Below are positions 37,708 to 46,848 of a stretch of DNA of 64,000 bases, one piece after another. The notes under the pieces are model-generated. The model did no database searches. It was not told the DNA's origin and worked only from the letters and a program-made list of their open reading frames with translations. The stretch is from Patescibacteria group bacterium (GTDB taxonomy: Bacteria > Patescibacteriota > Minisyncoccia > Phycocordibacterales > JAACPR01), in assembly GCA_022711495.1 (NCBI GenBank), contig JAKLEX010000001.1, positions 87,058 through 151,057 on the forward strand, in the 5' to 3' direction. Made by a program: the position numbers and the translations under genes. The first letter of the stretch is position 1. Each line of letters begins with the position of its first letter.

Positions 37708-37814
37708 GTTGCTTACTGCAAATTGATGTGTTTTTGAGGAGAAAGACACTGAACGCTTGAGGCGATGATAGTCTCACGGCCAATTTGGTGGATTTTGCGG
37801 TCGTCTTAATTTTT

Positions 37815-38168
37815 ATGACAAGATCACTTAAAAAAGGTCCTTACGTGGACGAAAAACTTTTGAAAAAAATCGCCGGTAAAAAGCCAGTTCAAGCTGGTCC
37901 TATTAAGACTTGGGCGCGCCGAAGTCAAATATCACCGGAAATGGTTGGATTTACCTTCGCTGTGCACAATGGAAAGTCTTTTACGGATGTATTAGTCGCC
38001 GAGGAAATGGTTGGACACCGACTCGGCGAATTTTCTTTTACGAAGAAGTTCACCCGACACGGAGGTAAAATGCAAAAAGAGCTTGAACAAGCCAAACGAG
38101 AAGCCGAAATTTCAGCTGCCAAAGCTGCTAAACCGGTTGAAGCTAAAGCTCCAGACGCTAAAAAATAA
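37815..38168 (+). CDS. rpsS: 30S ribosomal protein S19 with a Lys/Ala-rich C-terminal tail
   Basis: [19 protein letters not shown]...[37 protein letters not shown]; the extra ~30 aa tail is [16 protein letters not shown]; the ORF-track start at 37785 is an overextension. Confidence 0.9.
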   Translation: MTRSLKKGPYVDEKLLKKIAGKKPVQAGPIKTWARRSQISPEMVGFTFAVHNGKSFTDVLVAEEMVGHRLGEFSFTKKFTRHGGKMQKELEQAKREAEISAAKAAKPVEAKAPDAKK

Positions 38169-38178
38169 TTAAACAGAT

Positions 38179-38553
38179 ATGGCCACCGCCGAGTTAAAAA
38201 ATCATAGACAATCTCCAAAAAAAGTCCGAATGGTGGCGGACGTGATTAGGGGTAAAAAAGTCGTGGAGGCCATAGATATGTTGACTTTTGTTGATAAGAG
38301 ATCGGCCTTACCGATACAGAAACTTTTGCGGTCAGCTGTCGCTAACGCTTCGCATAATCACGGACTGAATAAAGTTGAAGATTTATATATTAAAGAAATC
38401 CGAGTTGATGACGGAATAACTTTTCATCGAATGATGCCGCGAGCTCGAGGTAGCGGTGCTCCGATCAAGAAAAGATCGAGCCACATCAGAATTGTTTTGG
38501 ATGTTAAAGCTGCGCCGGTCGCCAAAGGTAAAAAAATAGAAAATAAGAAATAA
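38179..38553 (+). CDS. rplV: 50S ribosomal protein L22
   Basis: KKVRMVADVIRGKKVVEAIDMLTF... Confidence 0.9.
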   Translation: MATAELKNHRQSPKKVRMVADVIRGKKVVEAIDMLTFVDKRSALPIQKLLRSAVANASHNHGLNKVEDLYIKEIRVDDGITFHRMMPRARGSGAPIKKRSSHIRIVLDVKAAPVAKGKKIENKK

Positions 38554-38555
38554 AC

Positions 38556-39224
38556 ATGTCACACACGGTTCACCCATATTCACATAGATTAGGCATAATT
38601 CGGGAATGGAAATCTCGCTGGTTTGGATCTGGCAAAAAGTTCCGCGATTATCTGAAGGGCGACACGCTGATCAGGAGTTTTATCACTAAAAAACTGCGAG
38701 GCATGCACGTCTCTCTCGTTGAGATTGAGCGCAGCCAAAAAGCCATTAGAGTGGTTATAAAGACCGCTCGACCGGGTCTTATTATCGGCCGAAATGGCGA
38801 AGGCACAGAAAGACTGCGAACGGATGTTACTAAATTCATGGCGGAGAATGATCTCAATAAAGAGGGGGTTGAGCTAAAGCTTGAAATTGAGGAAGTTCGA
38901 TCTCCGGAAAGTGATGCTCGAATTGTCGCTCAACAGGTCGTTGAGGCGTTGGAGAAAAGAATGCCTTTCCGCCGAGTTCTGAAACAAACAGTTGAGAAAG
39001 TCATGGCCAATCGTGACGTTAAAGGCGTTCGAGTAAGATTGGCCGGTCGTCTTAACGGGGCCGATATGGCCAGAACTGAAGAGCTTAGAAAGGGCCGGGT
39101 GCCTCTTCAAACTTTTCGTGCTGATATTGATTTTGCTCGCGAAAGAGCGACTATTCCGCAGGGAGATTTGGGCATAAAAGTCTGGATTTATAGAGGAGAA
39201 ATTTTTGAGAAAGAGAAGAAATAA
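38556..39224 (+). CDS. rpsC: 30S ribosomal protein S3
   Basis: KH domain plus C-terminal domain; GIIREWKSRWF...VIKTARPGLIIGRNGEGTERL. Confidence 0.95.
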   Translation: MSHTVHPYSHRLGIIREWKSRWFGSGKKFRDYLKGDTLIRSFITKKLRGMHVSLVEIERSQKAIRVVIKTARPGLIIGRNGEGTERLRTDVTKFMAENDLNKEGVELKLEIEEVRSPESDARIVAQQVVEALEKRMPFRRVLKQTVEKVMANRDVKGVRVRLAGRLNGADMARTEELRKGRVPLQTFRADIDFARERATIPQGDLGIKVWIYRGEIFEKEKK

Positions 39225-39229
39225 TATAT

Positions 39230-39655
39230 ATGACACTATTTCCAAAAAAAGTTAAATATAGAAAATGGCAAACCGGCCGGAAACATCCGGAAAAAATGTT
39301 GCGCCCAGAAACTCGTGGCACGGAAGTAAGCTTCGGTTCACACGGATTAAAATCAATCAGTCCGGCCAGGATCAAATCAAATCAAATTGAGGCGGCTCGT
39401 CGAGCCATGTCTCATCATCTTGGTAAAACCGGCCGGGCTTGGGTGAGAATCTTTCCTGACCGACCTTTCACAAGGAAGCCGGCGGAAGTAAAAATGGGTA
39501 AGGGCAAAGGAGACTTACAGGGATACGAAATTGAAGTGCGCCCGGGTCGAGTTATTTTTGAAGTTGACGGTGTGACTGATTTCGCTGCTCGAGAAGCTTT
39601 GCGCAAGGCCGGAACCAAATTGCCTCTCAAAACAAAAGTTGTGACCAGAAGATAA
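39230..39655 (+). CDS. rplP: 50S ribosomal protein L16
   Basis: MTLFPKKVKYRKWQTGR...RMGKGKGDLQGYE. Confidence 0.95.
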   Translation: MTLFPKKVKYRKWQTGRKHPEKMLRPETRGTEVSFGSHGLKSISPARIKSNQIEAARRAMSHHLGKTGRAWVRIFPDRPFTRKPAEVKMGKGKGDLQGYEIEVRPGRVIFEVDGVTDFAAREALRKAGTKLPLKTKVVTRR

Positions 39656-39664
39656 AATCAATTT

Positions 39665-39847
39665 ATGTCAAAAGACTTAAAAGTTAAATCACTTAAAGAA
39701 TTAAACAAAGCCCTCGCTGATGCTAGAGAGGATTTACGCAAATTCAGATTTAACATTTCCGGCAGTGGCAAAAAGAATGTCCGAGCCAGCCGACTGCTTA
39801 GAAAACAGATTGCCCAAATTTTGACAGAAATAAATAGCCGATCATGA
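39665..39847 (+). CDS. rpmC: 50S ribosomal protein L29
   Basis: 60 aa, LKELNKALADAREDLRKFRFN. Confidence 0.85.
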   Translation: MSKDLKVKSLKELNKALADAREDLRKFRFNISGSGKKNVRASRLLRKQIAQILTEINSRS

Positions 39848-40149
39848 ATAAAGAAATCAAACAAAATAATAAGGTTCAGAAAGGAAAAGTTCTTTCCGGA
39901 ATCGTTCGATCTGTAAAGATGAAGGACACCGCGGTGGTGGAAGTCAGCCGTTACTACAAACATTCTAAATATCAAAAATATATTAACGCCAGAAAGCGCT
40001 ACAAAGTTCATGATGTTGGAAATACCGTCGGCTTGGGCGACAAAGTGGAGATTATTGAATGCCGCCCGATTTCTAAAGATAAAAGATTCAGATTATTATC
40101 TGTTGTTGCCAAGGCCAAAACAGCAGAAATGACTGAAGATAAAGAATAA
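39844..40149 (+). CDS. rpsQ: 30S ribosomal protein S17
   Basis: KVLSGIVRSVKMKDTAVVEVSRYYKHSKYQKYINARKRYKVHD; 4-nt overlap with rpmC. Confidence 0.9.
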   Translation: MNKEIKQNNKVQKGKVLSGIVRSVKMKDTAVVEVSRYYKHSKYQKYINARKRYKVHDVGNTVGLGDKVEIIECRPISKDKRFRLLSVVAKAKTAEMTEDKE

Positions 40150-40153
40150 ATTT

Positions 40154-40525
40154 ATGATTCAACCACGATCAATCGTTATCATAGCAGATAATTCCGGCGC
40201 CAAAATTGGACGTGTTTTCAAAGTTCTTGGTGCTGCTGCGAAAAGATACGCCGAAATCGGTGAAATCGTCGTCATTTCGGTTCAAAAAGCCGAGCCGCGT
40301 AAACAAGTCAAGAAAAAAGATGTACTACACGCCGTCGTAATCAGACAGTCAAAACCATTCCGAAGAAAAGACGGATCATACATCAGATTTGACGAAAACG
40401 CCGTTGTTCTTCTGGGTAAAGGAACAAAAGAACCAATTGCCAACAGAATTTTCGGTCCGATTCCGAGAGAGTTATCAGAAGAAGGCTTTCAGACAATTAT
40501 TGGAATGGCCCCAGAAGTTATTTAG
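40154..40525 (+). CDS. rplN: 50S ribosomal protein L14
   Basis: MIQPRSIVIIADNSGAKIGRVFKVLG. Confidence 0.95.
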   Translation: MIQPRSIVIIADNSGAKIGRVFKVLGAAAKRYAEIGEIVVISVQKAEPRKQVKKKDVLHAVVIRQSKPFRRKDGSYIRFDENAVVLLGKGTKEPIANRIFGPIPRELSEEGFQTIIGMAPEVI

Positions 40526-40532
40526 TTTTTAT

Positions 40533-40835
40533 ATGAAAATACACAAAGACGACAACATAATATTGTTAACCGGAAAGGATAAGGGCAAAAAAGGAAAAGT
40601 TGTCCGCGTTTTGACTAAAGAATCCAAGGTTATTGTAGAAGGTTTAAATCTGGTTAAACGACACGTCCGCCCACGCCAAGAGGGTAAAAAGGGAGAAATC
40701 GTTAATGTTCCATCACCGGTTCATGTTTCAAATGTGGCGCTGGTTGACTCCAAAAATAAGCCGGTGCGGGTCGGATATAAGTTAGAAGGTGGTAAAAAAG
40801 TCAGAATTTCCAGAAAGTCTGGTCAAAAAATATAA
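40533..40835 (+). CDS. rplX: 50S ribosomal protein L24
   Basis: The internal ATG gives MKIHKDDNIILLTGKDKGKKGKVVRVL, which carries the KOW motif; the ORF-track start at 40389 overlaps rplN in another frame. Confidence 0.9.
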   Translation: MKIHKDDNIILLTGKDKGKKGKVVRVLTKESKVIVEGLNLVKRHVRPRQEGKKGEIVNVPSPVHVSNVALVDSKNKPVRVGYKLEGGKKVRISRKSGQKI

Positions 40836-40839
40836 ATTT

Positions 40840-41379
40840 ATGTTCAAGAGCATTTCAGAAAAACAAAAAAAGGTATTTGAGGCGCTGGGTTCTAAATTCG
40901 GTTACAAAAATATTTCACAGGCGCCGAGAATAGAAAAGGTTATCGTGTCTACTGGCGTTGGTTCTACTATTGACAAGAAAAAGGTTGAACTTATTCCAGA
41001 GAGATTGGCGCTGATAACCGGACAAAAACCATCGCAACAATTGGCCAAAAAATCCATTTCTCAATTTAAAGTTCGGGAAGGCGACCTGGTCGGTTATCGA
41101 GTGACCCTTAGGGGTAAAATGGCCGCGGCTTTCTTGGATAAATTAATTCACATTGCGTTACCAAGAACCAGAGACTTTAGGGGTTTGTCTCCGGACGGGG
41201 TTGACGAGATGGGTAATTACTCTTTCGGCATCAAGGAAAGCACAATCTTTCCGGAAATTGCCGATGAGGAATTGAAGAACGTCTTCGGTATGTCGGTGAC
41301 AATCGTCACTTCTTCAAGAGAGAAAGAGCAGACGGTGGCACTCTTGGAATATGTTGGTTTGCCCTTCAAAAAACAATGA
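40840..41379 (+). CDS. rplE: 50S ribosomal protein L5
   Basis: The internal ATG gives MFKSISEKQKKVFEALGSKFGYKNISQAPRIEKVIVSTGVG. Confidence 0.9.
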   Translation: MFKSISEKQKKVFEALGSKFGYKNISQAPRIEKVIVSTGVGSTIDKKKVELIPERLALITGQKPSQQLAKKSISQFKVREGDLVGYRVTLRGKMAAAFLDKLIHIALPRTRDFRGLSPDGVDEMGNYSFGIKESTIFPEIADEELKNVFGMSVTIVTSSREKEQTVALLEYVGLPFKKQ

Positions 41380-41446
41380 TTGACACTGGTTTGGTCGCTT
41401 GTTAGTATAGGCGAACCTTAGATTAACCAAGGTTTTAGCGAGTTTT

Positions 41447-41632
41447 ATGGCGAAAACATCATCAATTGCAAAAGCAAAAAGAACACCAAAATTCAAGAGC
41501 CGGGTGATCCGTCGTTGTTTTCGTTGTGGGCGCCGTCGAGCTTTTATGCGCGATTTTGGCCTCTGCCGAATCTGTTTCCGAGAACTAGCTAACGAAGGGG
41601 AAATTCCTGGCATTAAGAAATCTTCATGGTAA
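41447..41632 (+). CDS. rpsZ: 30S ribosomal protein S14, zinc-ribbon type (type Z)
   Basis: 61 aa with a CxxC...CxxC zinc ribbon: [21 protein letters not shown]. Confidence 0.9.
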   Translation: MAKTSSIAKAKRTPKFKSRVIRRCFRCGRRRAFMRDFGLCRICFRELANEGEIPGIKKSSW

Positions 41633-42018
41633 ACGACCGCATTTCCAACCTAATAAACTGTTTAAAAACGGCTTCAGTAGCAAAGAAGGAGACGGCCGTT
41701 GTGCCTTCTTCTGAAATGATTGAATCTATTTTGGAAGTTTTAAAGAAAGAAAAATTCATAAATGATTTTTCTGTCGTTAAGGACGGGGCGCGAAAGAATG
41801 TTGTGATCAATCTGAAGTATGAAAATGGAGAGCCAGTTATCAGTGATGTTAAAAGAATTTCCAGAACCTCAAAGAGAATTTATCGTGGTAAAAATTATAT
41901 TCAGCCGGTTCGAAGAGGTTACGGAGCGTCAGTTGTTACGACTCCGTTGGGCGTTATCAGTGGCGCGGAAGCGAAGAAAAAAGGCGTTGGCGGCGAGGTT
42001 TTGTTTGAAATCTGGTAA
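41626..42018 (+). CDS. rpsH: 30S ribosomal protein S8
   Basis: [22 protein letters not shown]...; position after S14. Confidence 0.9.
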   Translation: MVNDRISNLINCLKTASVAKKETAVVPSSEMIESILEVLKKEKFINDFSVVKDGARKNVVINLKYENGEPVISDVKRISRTSKRIYRGKNYIQPVRRGYGASVVTTPLGVISGAEAKKKGVGGEVLFEIW

Positions 42019-42027
42019 AAAATTAAT

Positions 42028-42561
42028 ATGTCACGACTCGGTAAAAAACCAATAGCCATAAAAGATAAGACAGAAGTTACTGTCGCGGACGACCTGGTTA
42101 CTGTCAAAGGTCCGTTGGGACAACTTCAATTAAGATTTAATAGAGATATCGGCATCAAAGTTGAAAATGGCCAAGTGATTTTGACTCAGAATAAGAAGAC
42201 GCTAGAAACGGACGCTCTTTGGGGCACATACAGTTCTCTTATCCAAAACATGATGGAAGGAGTCAACAAGGAATTTGAGAAAAAACTTATCATTGAAGGC
42301 GTTGGCTATCGGATTGAGGTTCGCGGACAGAAACTTGTGTTTAGTGTCGGATTATCTCACCCGATTGAAATGGAGATTCCAAAAGGCATAAAAGTTACAG
42401 TAGAGGGAGAGAATATTTCCGTTAAAGGAATTGATAAGGAGTTGGTCGGTCAATTCGCGGCGAATATTCGCGCCACAAAAAAACCGGAACCGTATCTGGG
42501 CAAGGGGATTCGTTATGGCGGCGAAGTCATTAGAAGAAAACAAGGCAAGAAAACTGTCTAA
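42028..42561 (+). CDS. rplF: 50S ribosomal protein L6
   Basis: MSRLGKKPIAI...two L6 repeats. Confidence 0.9.
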   Translation: MSRLGKKPIAIKDKTEVTVADDLVTVKGPLGQLQLRFNRDIGIKVENGQVILTQNKKTLETDALWGTYSSLIQNMMEGVNKEFEKKLIIEGVGYRIEVRGQKLVFSVGLSHPIEMEIPKGIKVTVEGENISVKGIDKELVGQFAANIRATKKPEPYLGKGIRYGGEVIRRKQGKKTV

Positions 42562-42566
42562 AACAT

Positions 42567-42911
42567 ATGAGCGAAAGAAAGACTGCAAAAAGAATAAGAC
42601 GACACCTACGGATTAGAGCGAAAATCTCTGGAACCGCCCAGAAACCTCGTTTGGCGATTTCTAAATCCAACAGTAACATGATTGCTCAACTCATTGATGA
42701 CGAGAAAGGCGAAACACTTGCTTATGTTTGGACCAGAGAGTTTAAGGGCAAAACCTTGAGAGATCGAGCTGTCTCCGCGGCTCAAAAAATAGCCGAGTTA
42801 GCAAAAGCCAAGAAACTTGATAAAGTTGTTTTTGATCGCGGGGGATTTAAGTACATCGGCAATATCAAGGTTTTTGCCGACGCGGCTCGTGAAGCGGGTC
42901 TTAAATTTTAA
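42567..42911 (+). CDS. rplR: 50S ribosomal protein L18
   Basis: RIRRHLRIRAKISGTAQKPRLAISKSNSNMIAQLIDDEKGETLA. Confidence 0.9.
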   Translation: MSERKTAKRIRRHLRIRAKISGTAQKPRLAISKSNSNMIAQLIDDEKGETLAYVWTREFKGKTLRDRAVSAAQKIAELAKAKKLDKVVFDRGGFKYIGNIKVFADAAREAGLKF

Positions 42912-42914
42912 TAT

Positions 42915-43646
42915 ATGACGGACGGACAAGATACAATAAAACAAGAAATAAATAATACGCCTAAAGATTCGGCGCCAGTTCAAGTTGAGACACCAAAGAA
43001 AGAACAGGTTGCCGCTAAGAGCTCTGCTGGACCGGTCGTCCAGAGTAACGCCGCGCGAACTGTTGGTGGAAAAGACTTCAATCCCATTGATCAGAAAAAA
43101 GATCTCAGAAAAAACCGCCGAGTTTCAAGACGTGCACCAAGACAAAAGTCAGAATTTGACCAAAAGATAATTGACATTCGCCGAGTCACGAGAGTTTCAT
43201 CTGGTGGTCGCCGTTTTAGTTTTAGCGTCGCCATAGTTATAGGTAATAAAAAAGGAAAAATCGGAGTGGGCACGGGCAAGGCTGGCGATACTTCTCTGGC
43301 CATAGACAAGGCGGTAAAAGACGCTCAGAAAAACGCTATTATTGTAAAGACAACTAAATCGATGTCTATCCCGCACGAGGTTGTGGCCAAATTCAGTAGC
43401 GCCAGAATTGTTATTATGCCGGCCCCAAAGCGCGGGGTCATCGCTGGTAGCTCGATGAGAGATATTATTGAGCTTGGCGGATTGAATGATCTAAACGGCA
43501 AGATCTTGTCGGGCAGCAAGAACAAATTGAATATTGCTCGAGCCACGATTAAGGCTCTTTCCCTGCTAGAAAAGACAGCCACAATAGGAGGAGAATCGGC
43601 TAAATCAAAAAGCGGGTTAGACGAAACAGCGGCTAAAGATAAATAA
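42915..43646 (+). CDS. rpsE: 30S ribosomal protein S5 with a ~75-aa N-terminal extension
   Basis: Core RRVTRVSSGGRRFSFSVAIVIGNKKGKIGVGTGKA...; 243 aa, against about 165 aa for the typical protein. Confidence 0.9.
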   Translation: MTDGQDTIKQEINNTPKDSAPVQVETPKKEQVAAKSSAGPVVQSNAARTVGGKDFNPIDQKKDLRKNRRVSRRAPRQKSEFDQKIIDIRRVTRVSSGGRRFSFSVAIVIGNKKGKIGVGTGKAGDTSLAIDKAVKDAQKNAIIVKTTKSMSIPHEVVAKFSSARIVIMPAPKRGVIAGSSMRDIIELGGLNDLNGKILSGSKNKLNIARATIKALSLLEKTATIGGESAKSKSGLDETAAKDK

Positions 43647-43647
43647 C

Positions 43648-44118
43648 ATGAAGATTCATCAATTAAAAAGAAATACCGAACTCAAAAAGCCGCGTCTTAT
43701 TGGACGAGGAGGTAAGAGAGGAAAGACTTCTGGCCGTGGTACAAAAGGCCAAAAAGCTCGAGCTGGCAGGAAACTATATCCGGAGATCAGAGATATTATA
43801 AAAAAACTGCCTAAATTGCGCGGTCACGGAAGAAATTACAATACTTCCATAGAGATTCCAGCTCAGGCGGTTTCGCTGTCGCAGGTAGAAGCCGCCTATA
43901 AATCCGGCGAAATTGTTTCGGCCAAAACTTTATTTGAAAAGGATTTGATTAGAAAAATATCCGGAAAGTTTCCTCCGGTGAAAATTGTCGCCGGCGATCT
44001 CAAAAAGGAAGTTATCTTTGTCGGAGTGTCTATGACCAAAACCGCTCGTAAATCTCTTAAAAACGCCGATAAAAACACTAAGGTTGTTCCGGATAAGGAA
44101 GTTTCAAAGAAAAAATAA
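43648..44118 (+). CDS. rplO: 50S ribosomal protein L15 (starts 1 nt after the rpsE stop; no L30 gene between them)
   Basis: MKIHQLKRNTELKKPRLIGRGGKRGKTSGRGTKGQKARAG. Confidence 0.9.
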   Translation: MKIHQLKRNTELKKPRLIGRGGKRGKTSGRGTKGQKARAGRKLYPEIRDIIKKLPKLRGHGRNYNTSIEIPAQAVSLSQVEAAYKSGEIVSAKTLFEKDLIRKISGKFPPVKIVAGDLKKEVIFVGVSMTKTARKSLKNADKNTKVVPDKEVSKKK

Positions 44119-44121
44119 TTC

Positions 44122-45396
44122 ATGATCAGGGAGTTTACCAACAAGATTAAATTGATTTTTAAAGATAGAAATCTGTCCAAGAAGATCTTTTTCATCTTGG
44201 GCGCCCTGATTGCTTTTAGATTATTCGCTAACATCCCAATTCCGGGCGTGGACCAGTCCGCTTTAAATAGATTTTTTGAAAGTAACCAGTTTTTCGGTCT
44301 CTTGAACATTTTCTCCGGAGGCGGGTTGTCCGGTTTATCCGTCGTGATGCTGGGTGTCGGACCGTACATTACCGCTTCCATCGTTCTGCAACTTTTGACG
44401 ATGATGTCCGAAAAGTTGAAGGCTTTATATGCCGAAGAGGGCGAGGCCGGCCGCCGAAGATTCAGCCAATATTCCAGATTATTGACATTGCCGATCGCTG
44501 TCGTCCAAGCCTTTGGTTTCTTGCTTTTGTTGCAACAGAGAGGGGTGGTGGCAAGTTTGACTAGTTTGCAGTTGATCACGAACATTATCGCCATTTCCGC
44601 CGGTTCGGTGATGCTGATGTGGATCGGCGAACTGATTTCTGAGTTCGGCATTGGCAACGGCGTTTCTTTGATAATCTTCTCCGGTATCGTCGCCAGATTG
44701 CCTTCTGGCATCAGCCAAGTTTTAGTTGGTTATGATTTGGCGCAAATCCCGACTTATATCGCCTTTGCCGTGACGGCGGTTGTCATCATCATGGGCGTGG
44801 TTGTCATCACCGAAGCGGAGAGGCCGGTTCCGGTGACCTATGCCAAACAAGTTCGTGGAAACAAGCAATACGGAGGCGTTTCAACTTATATTCCTCTAAG
44901 AATGAATATGGCCGGAGTTATGCCGATAATCTTCGCGTTATCAATTTTGCTTTTGCCACAGATGATAACTAATTTGCTAAGCACTATCAATAACGCCGTC
45001 ATTCAAACTATCGCCGTTGCCATTAATAATTTTCTTTCCAATCAGCTGTTCTACGGCATCGTTTACTTTATTTTGGTTTTCTTGTTTACTTATTTTTACA
45101 CTGCCGTTACTTTTGATCCAGATTCAATATCTAAAAATTTACAAAGATCCGGCGCTTTTATTCCAGGAGTTAGGCCCGGAGAATCAACTTCTATTCATCT
45201 CGGCCACATTTTAACCAGGACGACATTGTTCGGTGCGTTGTTTTTGGGAATAATCGCCGTCTTACCGATCGCCGTCCAAAGTCTGACGGGCATAACCTCT
45301 TTGACCATCGGCGGAACGGCTCTTTTGATCGTTGTCTCCGTCGTTATTGACCTTATCAAGAAGGTTGATTCTCAAATTTCTCTTCGCGAATATTAA
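44122..45396 (+). CDS. secY: Preprotein translocase subunit SecY
   Basis: 10-TM topology, GVDQSALNRFF...LNIFSGG..., position after rplO. Confidence 0.95.
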   Translation: MIREFTNKIKLIFKDRNLSKKIFFILGALIAFRLFANIPIPGVDQSALNRFFESNQFFGLLNIFSGGGLSGLSVVMLGVGPYITASIVLQLLTMMSEKLKALYAEEGEAGRRRFSQYSRLLTLPIAVVQAFGFLLLLQQRGVVASLTSLQLITNIIAISAGSVMLMWIGELISEFGIGNGVSLIIFSGIVARLPSGISQVLVGYDLAQIPTYIAFAVTAVVIIMGVVVITEAERPVPVTYAKQVRGNKQYGGVSTYIPLRMNMAGVMPIIFALSILLLPQMITNLLSTINNAVIQTIAVAINNFLSNQLFYGIVYFILVFLFTYFYTAVTFDPDSISKNLQRSGAFIPGVRPGESTSIHLGHILTRTTLFGALFLGIIAVLPIAVQSLTGITSLTIGGTALLIVVSVVIDLIKKVDSQISLREY

Positions 45397-45435
45397 TGCC
45401 TAGAAATTATTCCGTTTCGTGTTAGGATTAATCGC

Positions 45436-46029
45436 ATGAATTTATTGACTGTTATATTTATCGGACGATCCGGTTGTGGAAAGGGAACTCAAATTGAAAA
45501 GCTGGTAAGTTTCCTGAAAGCCAACGATCAGGGAGAAATTTTTTGTTTAGAAACTGGTGCGCGTTTTCGGTCTTTCATTAAAAGCGACGGCTATGTGAAT
45601 GATCTGGCTCGAGCCGTCGGCGATTCCGGAGGGTTACAGCCGGAGTTTTTGGCTATTTTGATGTGGGCGGATGAAATTGTTAAAAATATGAAGCCGGATC
45701 AGCATTTGATTTTGGACGGAGTGGCCAGAAGAATAAATGAAGCCAAGGTTTTGGACTCGGCGTTGGATTTTCTAAAAAGAGGCCGCGTTCACCTGGTCTA
45801 TTTGAATGTTTCCAAAGAATGGGCCGTTGATAAGTTAGAGAAGCGCGGTCGCCACGATGATAAGGCCTCTGAAGATATAAATCGCCGAATGAAATGGTTT
45901 GAAGAGTCTGTTACACCGGTTCTTGAGCATTACAAATCCAAAGAGAACGTCGTCTTTCACGATATCAACGGCGAGCAATCAATAGAAGATGTCCACGAAG
46001 ATATTATGAAATCTCTTGATTTAAAATAA
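45436..46029 (+). CDS. adk: Adenylate kinase (divergent P-loop GRSGCGKGTQ)
   Basis: P-loop, NMP-binding LETGARFR, LID/CORE motifs ILDGVARR and RGRHDD; canonical position between secY and map. Confidence 0.75.
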   Translation: MNLLTVIFIGRSGCGKGTQIEKLVSFLKANDQGEIFCLETGARFRSFIKSDGYVNDLARAVGDSGGLQPEFLAILMWADEIVKNMKPDQHLILDGVARRINEAKVLDSALDFLKRGRVHLVYLNVSKEWAVDKLEKRGRHDDKASEDINRRMKWFEESVTPVLEHYKSKENVVFHDINGEQSIEDVHEDIMKSLDLK

Positions 46030-46059
46030 ATCCCACCGAAATTAGCGCGTCTCGCCCTT

Positions 46060-46830
46060 ATGATTAAACTCAAGACCAAAGAAGAAATTGCTAAGCTCCG
46101 AATCGCCGGCAGAAAGCTCGCGAAAGTCTTGAAAGAAACAGCTAAGCTGGTTAAACCCGGCGTTAAATCTTTTGATTTAAACAACTTTGCGCATCAGATG
46201 ATTATCAAGATGGGGTGCCGCCCATCTTTTTTAAATTACAAACCAACCGGCGTTCGGCGCCCATTTCCGGCAAGCATTTGTCTTTCTATCAATGATGAAA
46301 TAGTTCACGGCATTCCGAACGAATCAGAAAAAGAAATAAAAACCGGTGACGTGGTCAAGGTTGATATCGGCCTGGTTGATGATGGTTTGTTCGTGGATAG
46401 TGCCACGACGGTTATTGTCGGCGACGCGCCGAAAGAAGTTCGAGAATTAGTCTCCAGAACAAAGGAAGCTTTAAATACGGCCATTAAACAGTGCCGGGTC
46501 GGTGGGCATATCGGCGATGTTGGTGCCGCAGTGGAAAAAGTCGCGAAACGGGCCGGCCTATCCGTGGCCAAAGAATTGACCGGACACGGTGTTGGATATG
46601 CCGTTCATGAAGCTCCATACGTTCCGAACTCTGGTCGTCCCGGTCAGGGAGAAAAAATTGAAAATGGCCTGGTTATCGCCATTGAGCCGATGCTTTGTTT
46701 GGGGCGCGGCGATATTATGTTGGCCAGAGATGGCCACACGTATAAGACTCGCGACGGTTCGCTGGCGGCCCAATTTGAGCACACCATCGCCGTTACGGAA
46801 GAGGGGCCGATTATTTTAACCGAGAATTAA
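46060..46830 (+). CDS. map: Methionine aminopeptidase, type I
   Basis: Pita-bread fold metal ligands in DVVKVDIG...D..., HGIGYAVHE, IEPM; 256 aa. Confidence 0.9.
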   Translation: MIKLKTKEEIAKLRIAGRKLAKVLKETAKLVKPGVKSFDLNNFAHQMIIKMGCRPSFLNYKPTGVRRPFPASICLSINDEIVHGIPNESEKEIKTGDVVKVDIGLVDDGLFVDSATTVIVGDAPKEVRELVSRTKEALNTAIKQCRVGGHIGDVGAAVEKVAKRAGLSVAKELTGHGVGYAVHEAPYVPNSGRPGQGEKIENGLVIAIEPMLCLGRGDIMLARDGHTYKTRDGSLAAQFEHTIAVTEEGPIILTEN

Positions 46831-46848
46831 TTTATAAAATAAGACAAC

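Noticed and set aside
40389-40532. N-terminal 48-aa extension of the L24 ORF; similar extensions occur on the L5 (40789), S19 (37785), L4 (35112) and xth (1377) ORFs
   Set aside because: The extensions overlap the preceding gene in another frame. The conserved protein N-termini coincide with internal ATGs, so the starts were trimmed.
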